DNA of 64,000 bases from Chrysomallon squamiferum (Eukaryota > Animalia > Mollusca), in NCBI GenBank assembly GCA_012295275.1, contig CM022679.1, positions 28,706,001 to 28,770,000 on the forward strand, given 5' to 3'. Numbering within the stretch: position 1 is the first letter of the stretch; every line of letters starts with the position of its first letter. This document shows positions 1-14,189 of the stretch, piece by piece. A program made the translations under genes and the position numbers. The notes below the pieces were generated by a model, which saw nothing but the letters and a program-made list of their open reading frames with translations, did no database searches and was not told the origin of the DNA.

Positions 1-129
1 ATTACATAACTATTATCTCACTACATGTTGTTTATATTGTAGAATATGTCTACATCTTTAAAACAAATATACTGTTAAATAGTTGTGATTTTCTTAACCG
101 AGTAGTCCTTTATTTGAGATTTTTGTTCT

Positions 130-285
130 GTTAACACAGATCTGAATAAACATACAGTCTTGAGTTCTACATTCGATTACAACAGCAGCCAAATGTACAG
201 TTGATGGAAACACTGGATCTTATTTCTGGACATACTTGAGCCGGGAAAAGAGGATGATAACTCTTGGACATCGTGTAGACTAAAA
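130..285 (+). pseudogene. Highly degraded F-type lectin exon-2 remnant
   Basis: Translates with a frameshift as VNTDLNKHTVLSS..AAKCTVDGNTGS..DDNSW, matching the family motif NIALNKPAxxSS..AKHAVDGNxGS..PWW. No other exons found nearby. Confidence 0.5.
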
Positions 286-502
286 ATAAATAGTATCAGT
301 TAGCATTTAGACAACCGAAATACAAGTGAAATGATGGACTTTATTATCTCCGAGCACATTTTCGCCCACATATTCTAAAAACGACCACTGTTTGATAAGT
401 TTCGTTGTAGATGTTGTCAACAATAAAGTGAAGACGCTTTCTTTACACATAAGTGTCCCAGACTGACAGGTGCACATTTGTTTCAAAGGAAGCATATATG
501 TG

Positions 503-504
<2 letters not shown>

Positions 505-586
<82 letters not shown>
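505..586. repeat. (GA)n microsatellite
   Basis: Pure GA run; source of the ERER/LSLS ORFs. Confidence 0.95.
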
Positions 587-588
<2 letters not shown>

Positions 589-2109
589 TGTGGCCGAGTG
601 CATAAAGCATCCTCACACAAAATCTATACAAGTTCGATGTCGATTACATCTTTACTTTCTCTGCCCACATGACAACATGACAGACAATAGTATAACATTA
701 TAAATGATAATATCGTAGTTATACTGCAGAGAACAGGACCAAACGTCTTTCTCCCTTGCCAGATATTCTCTCTTCTCTCTTGAACTCTTTTTCACTGCAG
801 TCACACAGATAACATCTCACACCCCTGACCATATCTGTCCTGGATTCCTTAAGAAAGCATCAGTGAGAGTGTTTACAATATATCAATGTCCCACGTGTCT
901 TGGAAGAATTTCCAAGTACTTTACGTCTAATCAAGGAGAAATAAACATCACATACGTTAACGGTGTCTCTTGAGATTATGCTTGGTGCTTTTAGTTCAGT
1001 CCCTCACATATATATCATACCTTTGCATGGGCTGATATATTTTTCATGTATCGACCGTTTCACTGCGATTACTCGAATTGTTGTACATTGGTGTTAAAGG
1101 CCCTTGAGCAATAACAAAAATAATGACAATTATTTTTTTATGTCAAATTTATTTTTAAAAAAAGAACAATAATAATAATAAAATACTAAAATTTTTTTAA
1201 AAATTAGCCACTCAACCATGTCCGCTGAGATGAAGTGAAGCAAAACAGTCTAGATATTCCTGGTGCCTGAAAGGAATAGATCTGTCATGTACATGTCTCT
1301 AGATATTTGTTAATTCAACTGTACATTTAATTATTTACATTCATTTTACGTTTCAGTCGACATTGTCGGACTGGTATTTCAGTAATAATCACACACACGC
1401 TGTCTGTGGTGTCACAGCGACTTAGCGAAGTAAAACAAATCAGTCTGTGGGACATCAAGCAATACACGAGAAGTGACTGAAGATCACAGGCGTTTCATGA
1501 AAAGGCTGAAATATGACTGCATTGATTCAAGTCTTCCTGTTGACACTTGTATACAGACTTTTTGTCTTAAATATTGATAAAATCACAATCTAAAAACAAA
1601 CTAGCATACTACTTAATATGAATTATTTAATGGTATAAAGTAATTTAATATTCAACGTATAAGTTTTGATTAATGAACCGTATAGAGTATATGCTTGATA
1701 ACACTTGAATATTACTAACAAAAGGTGCTGATAATTAATGCTTCTCTGAGTTTTTTTCTTGAGCAAACCACGCAGAATCTGCTATATTATTGATGTAGCG
1801 TTTTTCATGCCTGGTTAATTGCAATGGTTCGCTGCTTTATTCTCTGACTGTGTGTTTATATAAGCAAATGGATTAGGACACACGTGGCCATTTTCCATGA
1901 TTTCTAATATGTTAGTATAAAACACCGTCATTACAGCACCAGATGGCGGTTCACCTCTGATGAGCCCTGCTTCAGCTGCTGACTCGGCTGATTCATTCAA
2001 AATTCATGTACACAAAATATCTTAAATGAGAGAAGTGGTGCGTGTTCCTCACACGGCTTCAGCTGACGTGTTGGTTAGAATGGAGACCTCTTGAGGGACG
2101 CAGTGATCC

Positions 2110-2865
2110 TGTCGGAAACCAGGCGTGTCTGTTTCACCTGGGAAAAACGTGCTGGGTTTCCACAACCTGAAATAATTTTCAAAACAGAATGATGTGATAT
2201 GAGAGAATGAATGTATGCATGACGGCTATACGCACTATTGAATTTGCGTCGTTTCTTTCATGCGTAGATGAATTAAAACTAATGAACGATTGAGCATTTT
2301 TTCTTGTGGACAGCAAGACAGAGAAATAGCAATGTTGTCTGAGGAACGAATAAAAGTGTGATGGAAAAATAGACAGAGAGGAACAGTTATTTTTTTTTTT
2401 TTTTTTTGCTTTTTATTTCTCACATATTAATAACTCTTATCTATATCTTTGTGTTTGTATTCGGTATGCATCGCGCATTGATCAGTATATCCAACTGATA
2501 AAGAAACTCACCTCCTACATTTCTGTTAGTTGAAGTGAACGTGTGGACAGTATCCTATCTTCTGAATCTACCATCCACAGCAGTCAAAGTGATACGTCAG
2601 TGCTCAGCCGTCTGTGCTGAACTCGGAGCCACTGTTGCCATCAACTGCATGTTTGGCTGCTGCTTTTGCATGCACCAAGCTAGAACTCATGACTGCGGGT
2701 TTATTGAGAGCGATGTTAATAGAGCAATCATCTGAAAAACGAAAGTGAATAACCTTTAATATCCATATCTTTTCCTTGATATTTATATAAATATAATGTT
2801 GTATACTTACTTTCAGAAGCAGTCATATAAGTCAAAGGTATGAAAAGGACGAAGTATTTCCACAT
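2110..2865 (-). pseudogene. Pseudogene P0 (H-subfamily F-lectin/PAN): exon1 2865-2811, exon2 2731-2512, exon 3 absent, exon4 5' part 2166-~2110
   Basis: Exon1 MWKYFVLFIPLTYMTASE|gtaag. Exon2 DCSINIALNKPAVMSSSLVHAKAAAKHAVDGNSGSEFSTDG* has an in-frame TGA followed by a frameshift. Exon4 start CGNPARFSQVKQTRLVS then diverges. Confidence 0.85.
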
Positions 2866-4149
2866 CGCATGTTTACGTCTTGTTTTAGAGCTGTGAGTGC
2901 TCCAAACTAAGCAATCTCTAGCACTGTTCTGGTTGCAGTCTTAGCGAAACACTACATTTGTGAGAGTTGTCTGGATAAAGTTTCCCATTCATTAATAACA
3001 TGTAAGGCTGATCTCTGAGGACTGTTCGTATTAACTGGACAACTTGTAACAGTTTTACTGTTGGTCATAACTGAGTAGTGTCCTAGGTAACACCAATTAC
3101 ATGAACAACAATCTCGATAGACTGTTTCCATTGTTACAAGATTATCGATTATAATATACATTCCTGAACTGTTTGTTATTTTATACGTATTATATAATTA
3201 TCAAAATATCCTCTAATGAAAACAAATAACAAAAAGTAATAAAACAATGTATTTTTTGATGAATTTATTCATGTTTAGCGTGAACAATTTCTACACTTTA
3301 AAAAGTTCTTTGGAACGACTTCATTTATTTATCTTCCAGTACTATTTGTTTTACCTACGTCAACAGCTGCATAATTTATAGTATTTGTATCGTCTGAATC
3401 AGCCTGTTTTTGTACTAACTGAACAAACTGTAACAATTTCAGTTTTTGTCATAAAGGGGATTGTTTACACATGAAAGATATATCTGAACAATATCCTCAT
3501 TCAATAATAACATTAAATACATAGACACCGGTCTCTGAGGACTGTGTTGTTAAAACAAAACTATTGATTTCAAATACAGGCCTCAACCATTTAAAAATAA
3601 TAAAAAGTGTTACTAAAACGTCATTTTCTGATGAGTCCATTCATGTCTAGCTTTCAGAATTTCTACATTTGAAAGACTTAGAACGATTTTTTTTATTTAG
3701 CTTTCATTAGTATTTGTAATTTATAGTATTATCTAGTATTGTTTGTAATACCTCTCTGAATAACATAACATAATTTTAAGTATTAGCTAGTACTGTTTGT
3801 AATACCTCGCTAAATAACATAATTTATAGTATTAGCTAGTACTGTTTCTTATTTTCTAGTCTCATTCTTTTCTTTGGCCTAAAAACAAATCCTTTGTCGC
3901 TGATTTTGTTCTTGACATAAAACATTAGAAGACTGTAAGATACTGGGAAACTTCCCTAAAAATAAATTTTCCCTGTACTAAATAATTATTGTAATTGTTC
4001 ATTTTTTTTCTTTTGGAGTTGACAGTCAATTTTTAGGAAAAGCAAATAAGATCTATGAATTCTCTTTCTAAAGTTTCATTTTTGAATCTATATTTTATCT
4101 GTAGCTGAACCAAAAACAAATAAGCAAAATTCAAATCAAGCGATGCTGT

Positions 4150-5170
4150 AAAAAATTATGATAATAATTCTAAGATTTACACTGTTACACAAAAAAGAAA
4201 AATACGCTGAAAACTTCAGTGGGTACATTCGCTGTTCAATAAACGTATGTACAAATATCTAAGTATTGTCTTTAACTTTCACTTTAAAACTAAAGTATTT
4301 ACAACTGATTTTTGTAAATCCATTATATCAATAAAATTAATTAAGCTTCAAAACGAAGAAGCAAAACGAATTCTTTTTGAAAACAAGCTGAAACAGAATT
4401 ATGTGCAAATAGTGATATTATTTTTTCATTTCTCAAATCAAATTGTTTTCGAAGTGAAGAAAAGTTAATTCTGTTGTATTTGTGTGTTGTTTGTTCCTAA
4501 ACATCACTGTCTCCTAGAAGAAGAAGACGATGATAATGATGATGATGAAAAGCATAAAAAATCTTAGTGAATAGTAATCTTAGAAAGCGATTAGTTTGAT
4601 GCTGCTGATGATGATGATGATAGTAGATTAATTGGTTATAATTTCATGAAGGTGAAGGCAATAATTAATCAAGAAATAAAAATTAAATAGATAAACACTT
4701 TATTACGTTAATACACAAACGAACATAGTGTAAGATATAGAATGACACACGTTAACAAACATTATTTAAGAAAATATTAAATTTTAAACAGTGTTCACAA
4801 TAAATGATTTTAGTATAAACTGAGTTAATAATAAAAAAAACTGAAGCTTAAACTTGGTTGATAATACACGAATTCAGGTACAAATATATGTTTGTAATAA
4901 AAGTTTATTGAAAATAAGCCTATACAACTACAGAACTCAGTAATTCCTAAAACCATTGAAATGTAAACAATACAGATTAATCTACTCAAATATAAAGTTT
5001 CTTGACAATAAAAACATATTGAAGTATAGACTACGTTTACGACAAAAATAATGAATAATAATGATGAACGTGTAGAAATATAAATATGTCGATAATAAAT
5101 GTGTTATAATGTAAACTTTGTTTATGCAATAACAGAGAAAACAAAATAATAATAACGGCCACACAATTAA
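4150..5170. repeat. Duplicated 3' flank, paralogous to ~9068-10070
   Basis: Collinear high similarity by eye, e.g. gataataattctaa..tttacactgttacacaa and ctactcaaatataaag.ttcttgacaataaaaacatattgaag in both. Confidence 0.85.
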
Positions 5171-5565
5171 TTGATACCGAATAAATTCCCCAAAACTGAA
5201 TTGTCTTAGTACTGAAATAATCACCGTAATAACAGTCGGCGTTTGAACTTATTTAATTTTGAGCGAAAGCTAATAAACTATAGGAATTCATTTTCTAAAC
5301 TTTTGATCACACATTTTCAATCAACAATGATTTATTTAGTCTAAGCAATCAAAGTATGTAATTGTACATAATTATATCATTTTATGATTCTCAGTATCTA
5401 TACGTTAGCAGTATTATTTACAAATGAATTTTACATTTTTCTGAAAACCATTAAAAAAATCAACTTTCTTTTTCCTTTTCAACAAACGAACTTTAGTTTA
5501 TAACAAGCAACTGAAAACCAGTCACCTAAACATAAAGTATTTGTTTTTATTTCCCATTGTCCGTT

Positions 5566-6470
5566 TTAGCACAGATCATTTCCGTAGTATTTCCACTGAG
5601 AATGTTCCTCGGTGCTCAAGGCAAACTGTGGATGAAAGATGAGTTCACACTGTTCAGCTTTCTCTGTTGAAGTTGAAAGCCAGACAGGTCACATTTCTGA
5701 TACATGACAAAGAACAGTCCATAAACGTATTGGTCGAAATCGAGGAGTTTTCAGAAATCAGTCGTTTGTTTTTCACCCTGGGAAACCGTCCAGTTTTGCC
5801 ACAAGCTAAAGTAATGAAAATACGAAAATAATGTTCTGTATTAATCAAAAGAGCGAGAACGTGAGAGACACAGAGATATAGAAAGACACAGACACACACG
5901 TACATTTATATATACAGATAAACAGCCCTATACTTCTCGTTTTTTATTCAAAATTTAAAACACAAAAGCCAGATCCTGTATTTTATGTAGGTGAAATAAA
6001 TAATTTATTCTTACCATTGTTTCGTATTCCGAAAACCTGAACCTCGCACAAGGTCAGATATATAGCAGCTTTCCAATTTCTAATTCTTATAAATCGACCT
6101 CGAGTTGGTTTCTCACAAGCGATGTACCAGGTTTCTGACAATCCTATCGCCGGTCCAGTGTTGTTGTAACACACAGTACGTTTTTCTGATAAACATTTAC
6201 TTGGGTTCTTCTCAGATATTTCAATGACAAAATAGTGAAGATTATCTGCTGTAAAAAAACAAAAAAAAAATCAATATAGACATTTTAAATAGATCGATAG
6301 ATAGATAAATGAATGAATGAATGAATGAATAAATAAATAAATAATTTAAGTACAAAGACAAAGATTTACCATTTAAGCAAGCTAATAGTTTAAAGTAAAA
6401 TTTAGATAAGTTTTTTAAATAAATAACTGAATAATTATGATTTGTAATAGTAATAGTAATAATAATAGTA

Positions 6471-6503
<33 letters not shown>

Positions 6504-7257
6504 ATAATAATAACAATAATGATAATAATAAAAACAAGGACATCAACAACAACAATAATAAATGCAGCAAACGAATCCAAACTGGAAAATGAGAATAATA
6601 TTTTTTATCAAAAATGATTATGATGAAAAATATCAAAATAATGTTATGCTGTCTGATTATTGTTTTGTCTTTATTAGATAGAAAAAACCTACCACCAGCA
6701 TCTCTGTTAGTCAAAGCCACTGTGTGGATAGTGTAAGATTCTTCTAAGTCTACGAGCCACCAAGGATACTTGTCTCCATCATCGGAAACAAAACAACCGG
6801 CTTTGACGACATTTGTCCCAAAATTGGCATCGACTGCAAATTTCGGATCCTTATACTGAGGGCTACCATAAGAACTCGCGGTTGCTGGTTTCATGAGAGC
6901 GATATTTGTAGTCACATCTTCTGAAATTTAGAACTTTTCAATATTCATTCACTTTAATTATACTTGTTTGAAATATTATAAATGTTTATGTTTTATACAA
7001 ACTCGGTGTATAGAATTTCAGTCCTGACATATAGTGAATGTAAACTGATTGAGGATTTAAAATGTAAAAAAGAAATATAAGGAAAATGTAAGAGACAGCA
7101 AGAAACGAAGGAAAGAAAATTAAAAAAAAGACAATTAATAAAAATAAAACGTGAGAATATTGATTTAATAGAATTGAGACGGAAAATCTAAATTCTTACC
7201 TTCAGAACCAGTGATGAAAATGATCGCTGAGGAAAAGATGAAGACGTATTTGTACAT
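5566..7257 (-). pseudogene. Gene A: secreted F-type lectin + PAN/apple with a 1-bp frameshift in exon 4; exons 7257-7200, 6920-6693, 6248-6015, 5805-5566 (premature TGA 5656-5654)
   Basis: Signal MYKYVFIFSSAIIFITGSE; FTP motifs NIALMKPA, AVDAN, PWWLVDL, GRFIRI, LTLCEVQVFG; all introns GT-AG. Exon 4 reads AGAGAAAGCTGA versus AGAGAAACTGAA in paralog B. May be a sequencing indel. Confidence 0.8.
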
Positions 7258-10132
7258 TGTGGTAGAATACTATAATTACGTCTTGTTCAGATCTCTGTAT
7301 ACTCCAAACTGAACAACCTCTAACATATTGTATTTCTAGTGTGAAAGGTTTTATACACTTGAAAGACTTGTTTCAAAAACCTTTTCATTGATTAGAAACA
7401 ACAAATCCCTTGTCACTTATTTGTCTCGGAAAATAACTGGTCTGTTTGAAGTATTCTCTTGAGATTTCACACTCAGACTCTAAACTCAGTCTATTTTGTC
7501 GTTAAACATTCATAAACTGAAAGGTATTCAATAACTTACATTAAAATGAATTCTCTCAATATTAAATTAATAATTATAAATTATAAAAAAAATATATAAT
7601 AAACATTATCTCAAATATTCAAGTGATAACTATTTATTCGGATTGATCCTTCCGCCAAAATTAATTAAAATAATTATTAGCGGTAGGTTCTAAATTTTCA
7701 GCTGACATACAAGCGAAATTTCCTCAAAAAAGAAAGAAAGTAAAACAAAGATCAGTTTGTTCTAATTTCATTTTTAAGTCATACATTTTAGTTAATGAAC
7801 GAATTAAAAACAAAACGTTCTTCTATATCACTTAATTTAGTTATATTTATTAGAATAAATTAGGACAGCAGTAGTATTTTCAATTCATTTCTACATTATC
7901 TGAAATCGATTAAATCAATAAAATGTATTAATTATTTCTTTTGAGAAAGAAACTTTTGTTTGTAAGTAGCAACTGAAACACAAAACTAAACTAGAATTAT
8001 ACTGAAATATTTATATGCTGTTCCAAGTTCCAACTTTGTTTTGCTGAAAAACATTTTTGTTCTCTAAACGAAAAGAAAGATAATTCCTTGACTATACATT
8101 TTTAAAATTTAAGAATTAAAAACAAATCCCTTGACAGTGATTTTGTCTTTGACACAAAAGAACAGATTCCAATGTACTCGAGAACTAAATTTGCTTTGTA
8201 ATAAATAATTATAATAGTCGTTCAGAATTGGAGTCTACAATAAGTTTTAAAATTTATGAATTCACTTTCTGAAGATTAATCTGCCATTTTCACTCAATGT
8301 CAATTAAACAATCAAAATACGCGTTTGATCTGTAGATGAAACAAAGACAAACATTCAGAATTAAAATCAATCCTTACAAGTTACGAATAATAATAATAAT
8401 TAGTCTTAGACTCTGATACTCACAGAAAATGGCTGTACGAACATGAAAACTGCTGAGAACTTTAATGGGTCAATTTTTACCACACTTTTCCATGTCTCTT
8501 GTAATTTCAGAAATTTCAGTGCAGAACGAAATCTAACTCTTCACACTAAATAATTTGAGTTTTATTTTGATGAGCATGATGCGAACAGTAAATGACTTTT
8601 CTATTTCACATTAATTTGGATATTCTTTTACCATTTGAAAATAAAAAATGATTAGTTCAAATGTTCAGGTGTCACCAGCGAATTGCTCTAATCCAGCCAC
8701 CAAAATTAATTAAAATAATTATTAGCTGAGGATTCTGAATTTCCTTCTGATATACAAGAGAAAAAAATGAAAGATAAATTTGATAAATTCCACGTATAAC
8801 GTCATAAACCTAGACGAAGGACGAATGAATAGCAGTTGGCTTTTGGACTTATTTAATTTTGAGCGAAAGCTAATAAACTATTGGAAAAATACTTTCTAGA
8901 CATTTATCTCAAATTTTCAATCAAAAACGATTTGTTTAGTCTAATGAATCATAGTATGTAATTATACACAGTTATAACATGTGATGATTCTGAATATCTA
9001 TACCTTAGCAGAATTATCAATATAACTCAAATCAATCGATACTACTGTATTCTTTAGTAAAAACTAACGATAATAATTCTAAATTTACACTGTTACACAA
9101 AGATAAAAACTGTGCTGAAAACTTTAATGGGTACATTCGCTGTTCAATAAACGCATGTACAAATATGTAAATATTGTCTTTAAATTTCACTTTAAAACTA
9201 AAGTATTTACGACTGACTTTTGCAAATATATTATATCAATAAAATTAATTAAGCTTTAAAACGAAGAAGCAAAACGTATTCTGTTTTAGCCAGCACCTGA
9301 AATAGAATTATGTGCAAATATTGATATTATTTTTTCATTTCTCAAATCAAATTGTTTTCGAAGTGAAGAAAAGTTAATTCCGTTGTATTCCTGTGTTGTT
9401 TGACATTTCTGTCTGCTAGAAGAAGATGATGATAATGATGACGAAGAGCATAACAAAAATCATACTGAACAGCAGCAATGGCAGTAATCTTAGTAAGCGG
9501 TTACTTTGATGGTGATGACGATGATGATGATGACAGTAGATTAATTGGTTGTAATTTCATGATGGTGAAGACAATAAAGACATAAAAATAAAAGAGATTA
9601 AAACTTTATTACGTTAATACACAAAACAACATAGTGTAAGATACAGAATGACACGCATTAACAAAAATTATTTTTAAAAATATTAAATTTAAAACAGTTT
9701 TCACAGTAAACAATTTAAATTATAAACTGAGTTAATAATAAAAACACTGAAGTATAAACTAGTCTGATAATACACGAATTGAGATATAAACGTATGTTCG
9801 TAACAAAACTATATAGAAAATAGCGTATTCATCTACAGAACTCCGTAATTACTAAAACCATTGAAATGTAAACAGTGCTGATGAATCTACTCAAATATAA
9901 AGCTTCTTGACAATAAAAACATATTGAAGTGTAGATTACGTTTACGACAAAAATAATGAATAATAATGATGAATGTGTAGAAATATAAAGATGTCGATAA
10001 TAAATGTGTTATAATGTAAACTTTGTGTATGCAATGGAAGTGAAAAAAATAGTAATAAAGGCCAAACAATTACTTTTTAGTAAATAGTACTGATGCTGCC
10101 ACTACTACTACTATTACTACTACTACTAAAAC

Positions 10133-10163
<31 letters not shown>

Positions 10164-10809
10164 GTAATAACAATAATAATAATAATAGTAATAACAATAG
10201 TAATAATAATAATAATAATGAATTTTTTATGAATAAATAAATAAATAAATTATATAATAAGTAACATATATAGTCAGATATACAGCTATAATATTCACAT
10301 TAAAGATTAAATCAAAATGGGTAAAAGAGGGTACAGTCTAAACAATAACACGTAAATATTATTTCAATACTGATAATCATTTGAGTGTATCAATATATAT
10401 ATACAAATATGTGTGTTTGTATGTGATGGTGCATATGTGTATGTATTTACCTGTGTATGTGCTTGTATTTACCTGTTTATGTTCTTGTGTTTCTGTGTGT
10501 ATGTGTGTCTGTATGTATACAACGTGTGTGTGTGTGTGCGGGTAGGTAAAATGTGTCAATGTTTCTAGGTTGTAGCTTTTCTTCAGATAATCTTTTATGC
10601 ACAAAGACAAGGAAAAACAGAAATGATGTTAAAAAGTTATGTAGTTAGATTATTATGGTATGTACCATAATTCAACTTCTGAAAACGTCAGTTAGAGGTT
10701 TTCGTGCTATCTGTATAGTAATATTTCTCATTATTATGAACTATATTGTGTATTATGACATCTCTTCGATCAAACACTTGATATAACAAAAACCAATAAT
10801 CAGCACTAC

Positions 10810-10925
10810 TGAACAACCTGTAACATGCTGTATTTCTAGTCTTAACGGTTTTATACATTTGATAGACTTGTTTGAAAACATCTTCTTATTGATTAGTAAC
10901 AACAAATCCCTTGTCACTGATTTTA
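10810..10925 (-). promoter_or_regulatory. Orphan copy of the conserved family upstream element, with no exon 1 following
   Basis: Reverse complement reads gtgacaagggatttgttgttactaatcaataagaagatgttttcaaacaagtc..ggttgttcag, the block that precedes the ATG in most copies. Confidence 0.6.
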
Positions 10926-11214
10926 AAAGATCTCCATAAACGACTGTTCTATTTGAAGTATTCTTTTAACATGTTAAACTAAAACGCTACCACTGAAATT
11001 ATTTCGTTTACAGAAACATTAAGAGGTTCGTAGATACCCAATAAATTCCCCAAAACTGACTTTTCTGTGAACTGAAATAATCACTCTAATAGCAGTCGGC
11101 TTTTGGACTTATTTAATTTTGAGCGAAAGCTAATAAATTATAGGGTAAACACTTTCTAAACATTTATCTCAAACCTAAACATAAAGTATTTGTTTTTATT
11201 TCCCATTGTCCGTT

Positions 11215-12865
11215 TTAACACAGATCATTTCCGTAGTATTTCCACTGAGAATGTTCCTCGGTGCTCAAGGCAAACTGTGGATGAAAGATGAGTTCACACT
11301 GTTCAGTTTCTCTGTTGAAGTTGAAAGCCAGACAGGTCACATTTCTGATACATGACAAAGAACAGTCCATAAATGTATTGGTCGAAATCGAGGAGTTTTC
11401 AGAAATCAGTCGTTTGTTTTTCACCCTGGGAAACCGTCCAGTTTTGCCACAAGCTAAAGTAATAAAAATACGAAAATAATGTTCTGTGTTAATCACAAGA
11501 TTGAGAAAGTGAGAGACACACAGACAGAGAAAGACACAGACACACACACACATTTATATATACAGAGAAACAGCCCTATATTGCTTGTTTTTGATTCGAC
11601 GCAAAATTTAAAACACAAAAGCCTGATCCAGTATTTTATGTAGGTGAAATAAATAATTTATTCTTACCATTGTTTCGTATTCCGAAAACCTGAACCTCGC
11701 ACAAGGTCAGATATAGAGATCTTTCCCAGTTTCTAATTCTTACGAATCGACCTCGAGTTGGTTTCTCACAAGTGAAGTTCCTGGTTTCTGATATATTTAG
11801 CGCCGATCCAGTGTTGTTGTAACACACAGTAAGTTTTTCTGATAAACATTTACTTGGGTTCTTCTCAGATATTTCAATAATGAAATAGTGAAGACGGTGT
11901 ACTGTGACAAAAAAGATTTAAAAAATAAAATAGATAAATATAAAAAAATAAATAAATAATTAAGTAAAACATTTTTATATAAATATATAAATAAATAAGT
12001 ACTAATAATTAAATAACCAACATTTATATCTAAAATAAAAACAACACAACATCAACAAGAACACCAGAAACAACGACAATAATAATAAATGCAACCAAGA
12101 AGGAAAATAATAATAATGGTAATTTTATCAAAAATGATGATGATGAAACATGTCAGATATTTTTTTTCTCAGTATTCAATAAAAAAACTTACAATATGCA
12201 TCCCTGCTGGTCAAAGCAACAGTGTTGATAACATAAGCGTCTTCTAAATCTACGAGCCACCAAGGATTGTAGTCTTTTGAGGCGGAAACAAAACAACCGG
12301 CCTTAGGAAAAGTTGTGCCAAGGTTGCCATCGACAGCGTACCTCGGATGAGCCTTTTCCGCTGGGTAGACTGTTGAAGACATTGCTGGTTTGTTGAGAGC
12401 GATATTTGTAGAAAGATTGTCTGGGAAAAAAATAGGTGTTCGTTCCTCATTCATTATCATTATAATAAATGTTTGAGATATTAAGAATGTTTTATAATGT
12501 TTCATACACACATCGATATATAGAAAATAGAAAACAACAATAAAATGAACGTTATTTAATTAAGCATTAAAAACGTAAAGGACAAAATTTTTTAAAAAAA
12601 AAAATTAAGAAAACAGGAAACAGGAAAACGGAGAAGAAAACGAAAACCAAAAGTTCAACCATGACAGCAAAATAAATGTTAATTATTCGAGCACTTAACA
12701 TGTAAATATAACTAAAACAAAAACAAGACAAATGAAAATGTCAATTAGAAAAAGTCAGGATTTCGATATAAATTAATTAAGATGACAAAATAATTTTAAA
12801 AAATACTTACCTTCAGAGCTAGTGATGAAAAGGATCGCTGAGAAAAAGAAGAAGTATTTGTACAT
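11215..12865 (-). CDS. Gene B: secreted F-type lectin (FTP) + PAN/apple protein, 251 aa; exons 12865-12811, 12420-12193, 11901-11668, 11453-11215
   Basis: Open spliced frame (55+228+234+239 nt), canonical GT-AG, phase-1 introns. Signal MYKYFFFFSAILFITSSE; NIALNKPA/AVDGN/PWWLVDL/GRFVRI/LCEVQVFG; PAN CSLSCIRNVTCLAFNFNRETEQCEL..YYGNDLC*. Confidence 0.9.
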
Positions 12866-13287
12866 TGTACAAGAATACTATAATTACGTCTTGTTCATAT
12901 CTCTGCATACTCCAAACTGAACAAGCTGCAACATATTGTATTTCCAGACTTAACGGTTTCCAACACTTTGAAAACATCTTCGCATTGATTAGTAACAACA
13001 AATCCCTTTGTCTCGGAAAATAACTATTCATTCTGAAGTATTCTCTTGAGAAATTGAAACTTAACGGTTGTTAACATAAAGCATTAAGAGACTTTGAAAA
13101 ATTATCTTCGCATTGATTAGAATAACAATCAAAAAATTTTGTCTCGAAAAATAACTTTTATTCATTCTAATGAATGACGTCTCTTGAGAAATGGAACAGG
13201 TGTGTGCAAAAAAAAAATACTAAATGTATAAATGGATGTGTATTAATTATTTAAATATAATGATAATGTGTCTGAATTTCGTATATA

Positions 13288-13356
<69 letters not shown>

Positions 13357-13388
13357 TTGTGTTTTGATGTAATCGTATATGACTTTGC

Positions 13389-13932
13389 ACTGATATTTAC
13401 AACAGGTTTTTACACTTTTTTTAAATCGATTAAATCAATAAAATGTATTTATCAACAAACGGAATATTGTTTATAACCAGGAACTGAAGCCATCTAAGAT
13501 AGAATTATGCTGAAATATTTATATGTTTTTCCAAGAGCAAAAAAACTGCCTTTAAGCGAAAAGAGATAATTATTAATTTTTGAAACACGATCTGATAAAA
13601 GAATTATCAACCGATATTAGTCTCTTCAGTGATAATTATTTTTATTCATTCTTGAGAAATGGAATAGGTGTGTGCGAGAGACTGATATTTACAACAGGTT
13701 TTACACTTTTTAAATCGATTAAATCAATAAAATGTATTTATCAACAAACGGAATATTGTTTATAACCAGGAACTGAAGCCATCTAAGATAGAATTATGCT
13801 GAAATATTTATATGTTTTTCCAAGTGCAAAAAAACTGCCTTTAAGCGAAAAGACATAATTATTAATTTTTGAAACACGATCTGATAAAAGAATTATCAAC
13901 CGATATTAGTCTCTTCAGTGATAATTATTTTT
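13389..13932. repeat. Tandem duplication of a ~292-bp unit (13389-13680; 13681-~13932)
   Basis: actgatatttacaacagg..gaattatcaaccgatattagtctcttcagtgataattatt occurs twice, nearly identical. Confidence 0.9.
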
Positions 13933-13937
13933 ATTAA

Positions 13938-13948
13938 GAGAGAGAGAC

Positions 13949-14035
<87 letters not shown>
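13938..14035. repeat. (GA)n microsatellite
   Basis: Direct inspection. Confidence 0.95.
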
Positions 14036-14038
<3 letters not shown>

Positions 14039-14189
14039 GATGTGAACTCTATTAAATGCCAATATTTTACCAATTTAAGTCCACTGTTAAAATATTTCTC
14101 CATTACAGCTGTGTTCAATGGTCACTGACGGATACAGAACTACTTAACTGATGAGAAACAGAACTAGTTTAAATTAAAGATGAGAAACA

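Noticed and set aside
307-703. ERER/LSLS ORFs, and similar poly-I/L/Y/V and CVCV/YIHT ORFs across the window
   Set aside because: Translations of simple repeats with no coding signature.
3945-3957. kappaB-like site GGGAAACTTCCC, and GGGATTTGTT in the upstream block
   Set aside because: Imperfect match to GGGRNNYYCC, and the best match lies upstream of a pseudogene. Insufficient without a motif scan or ChIP.
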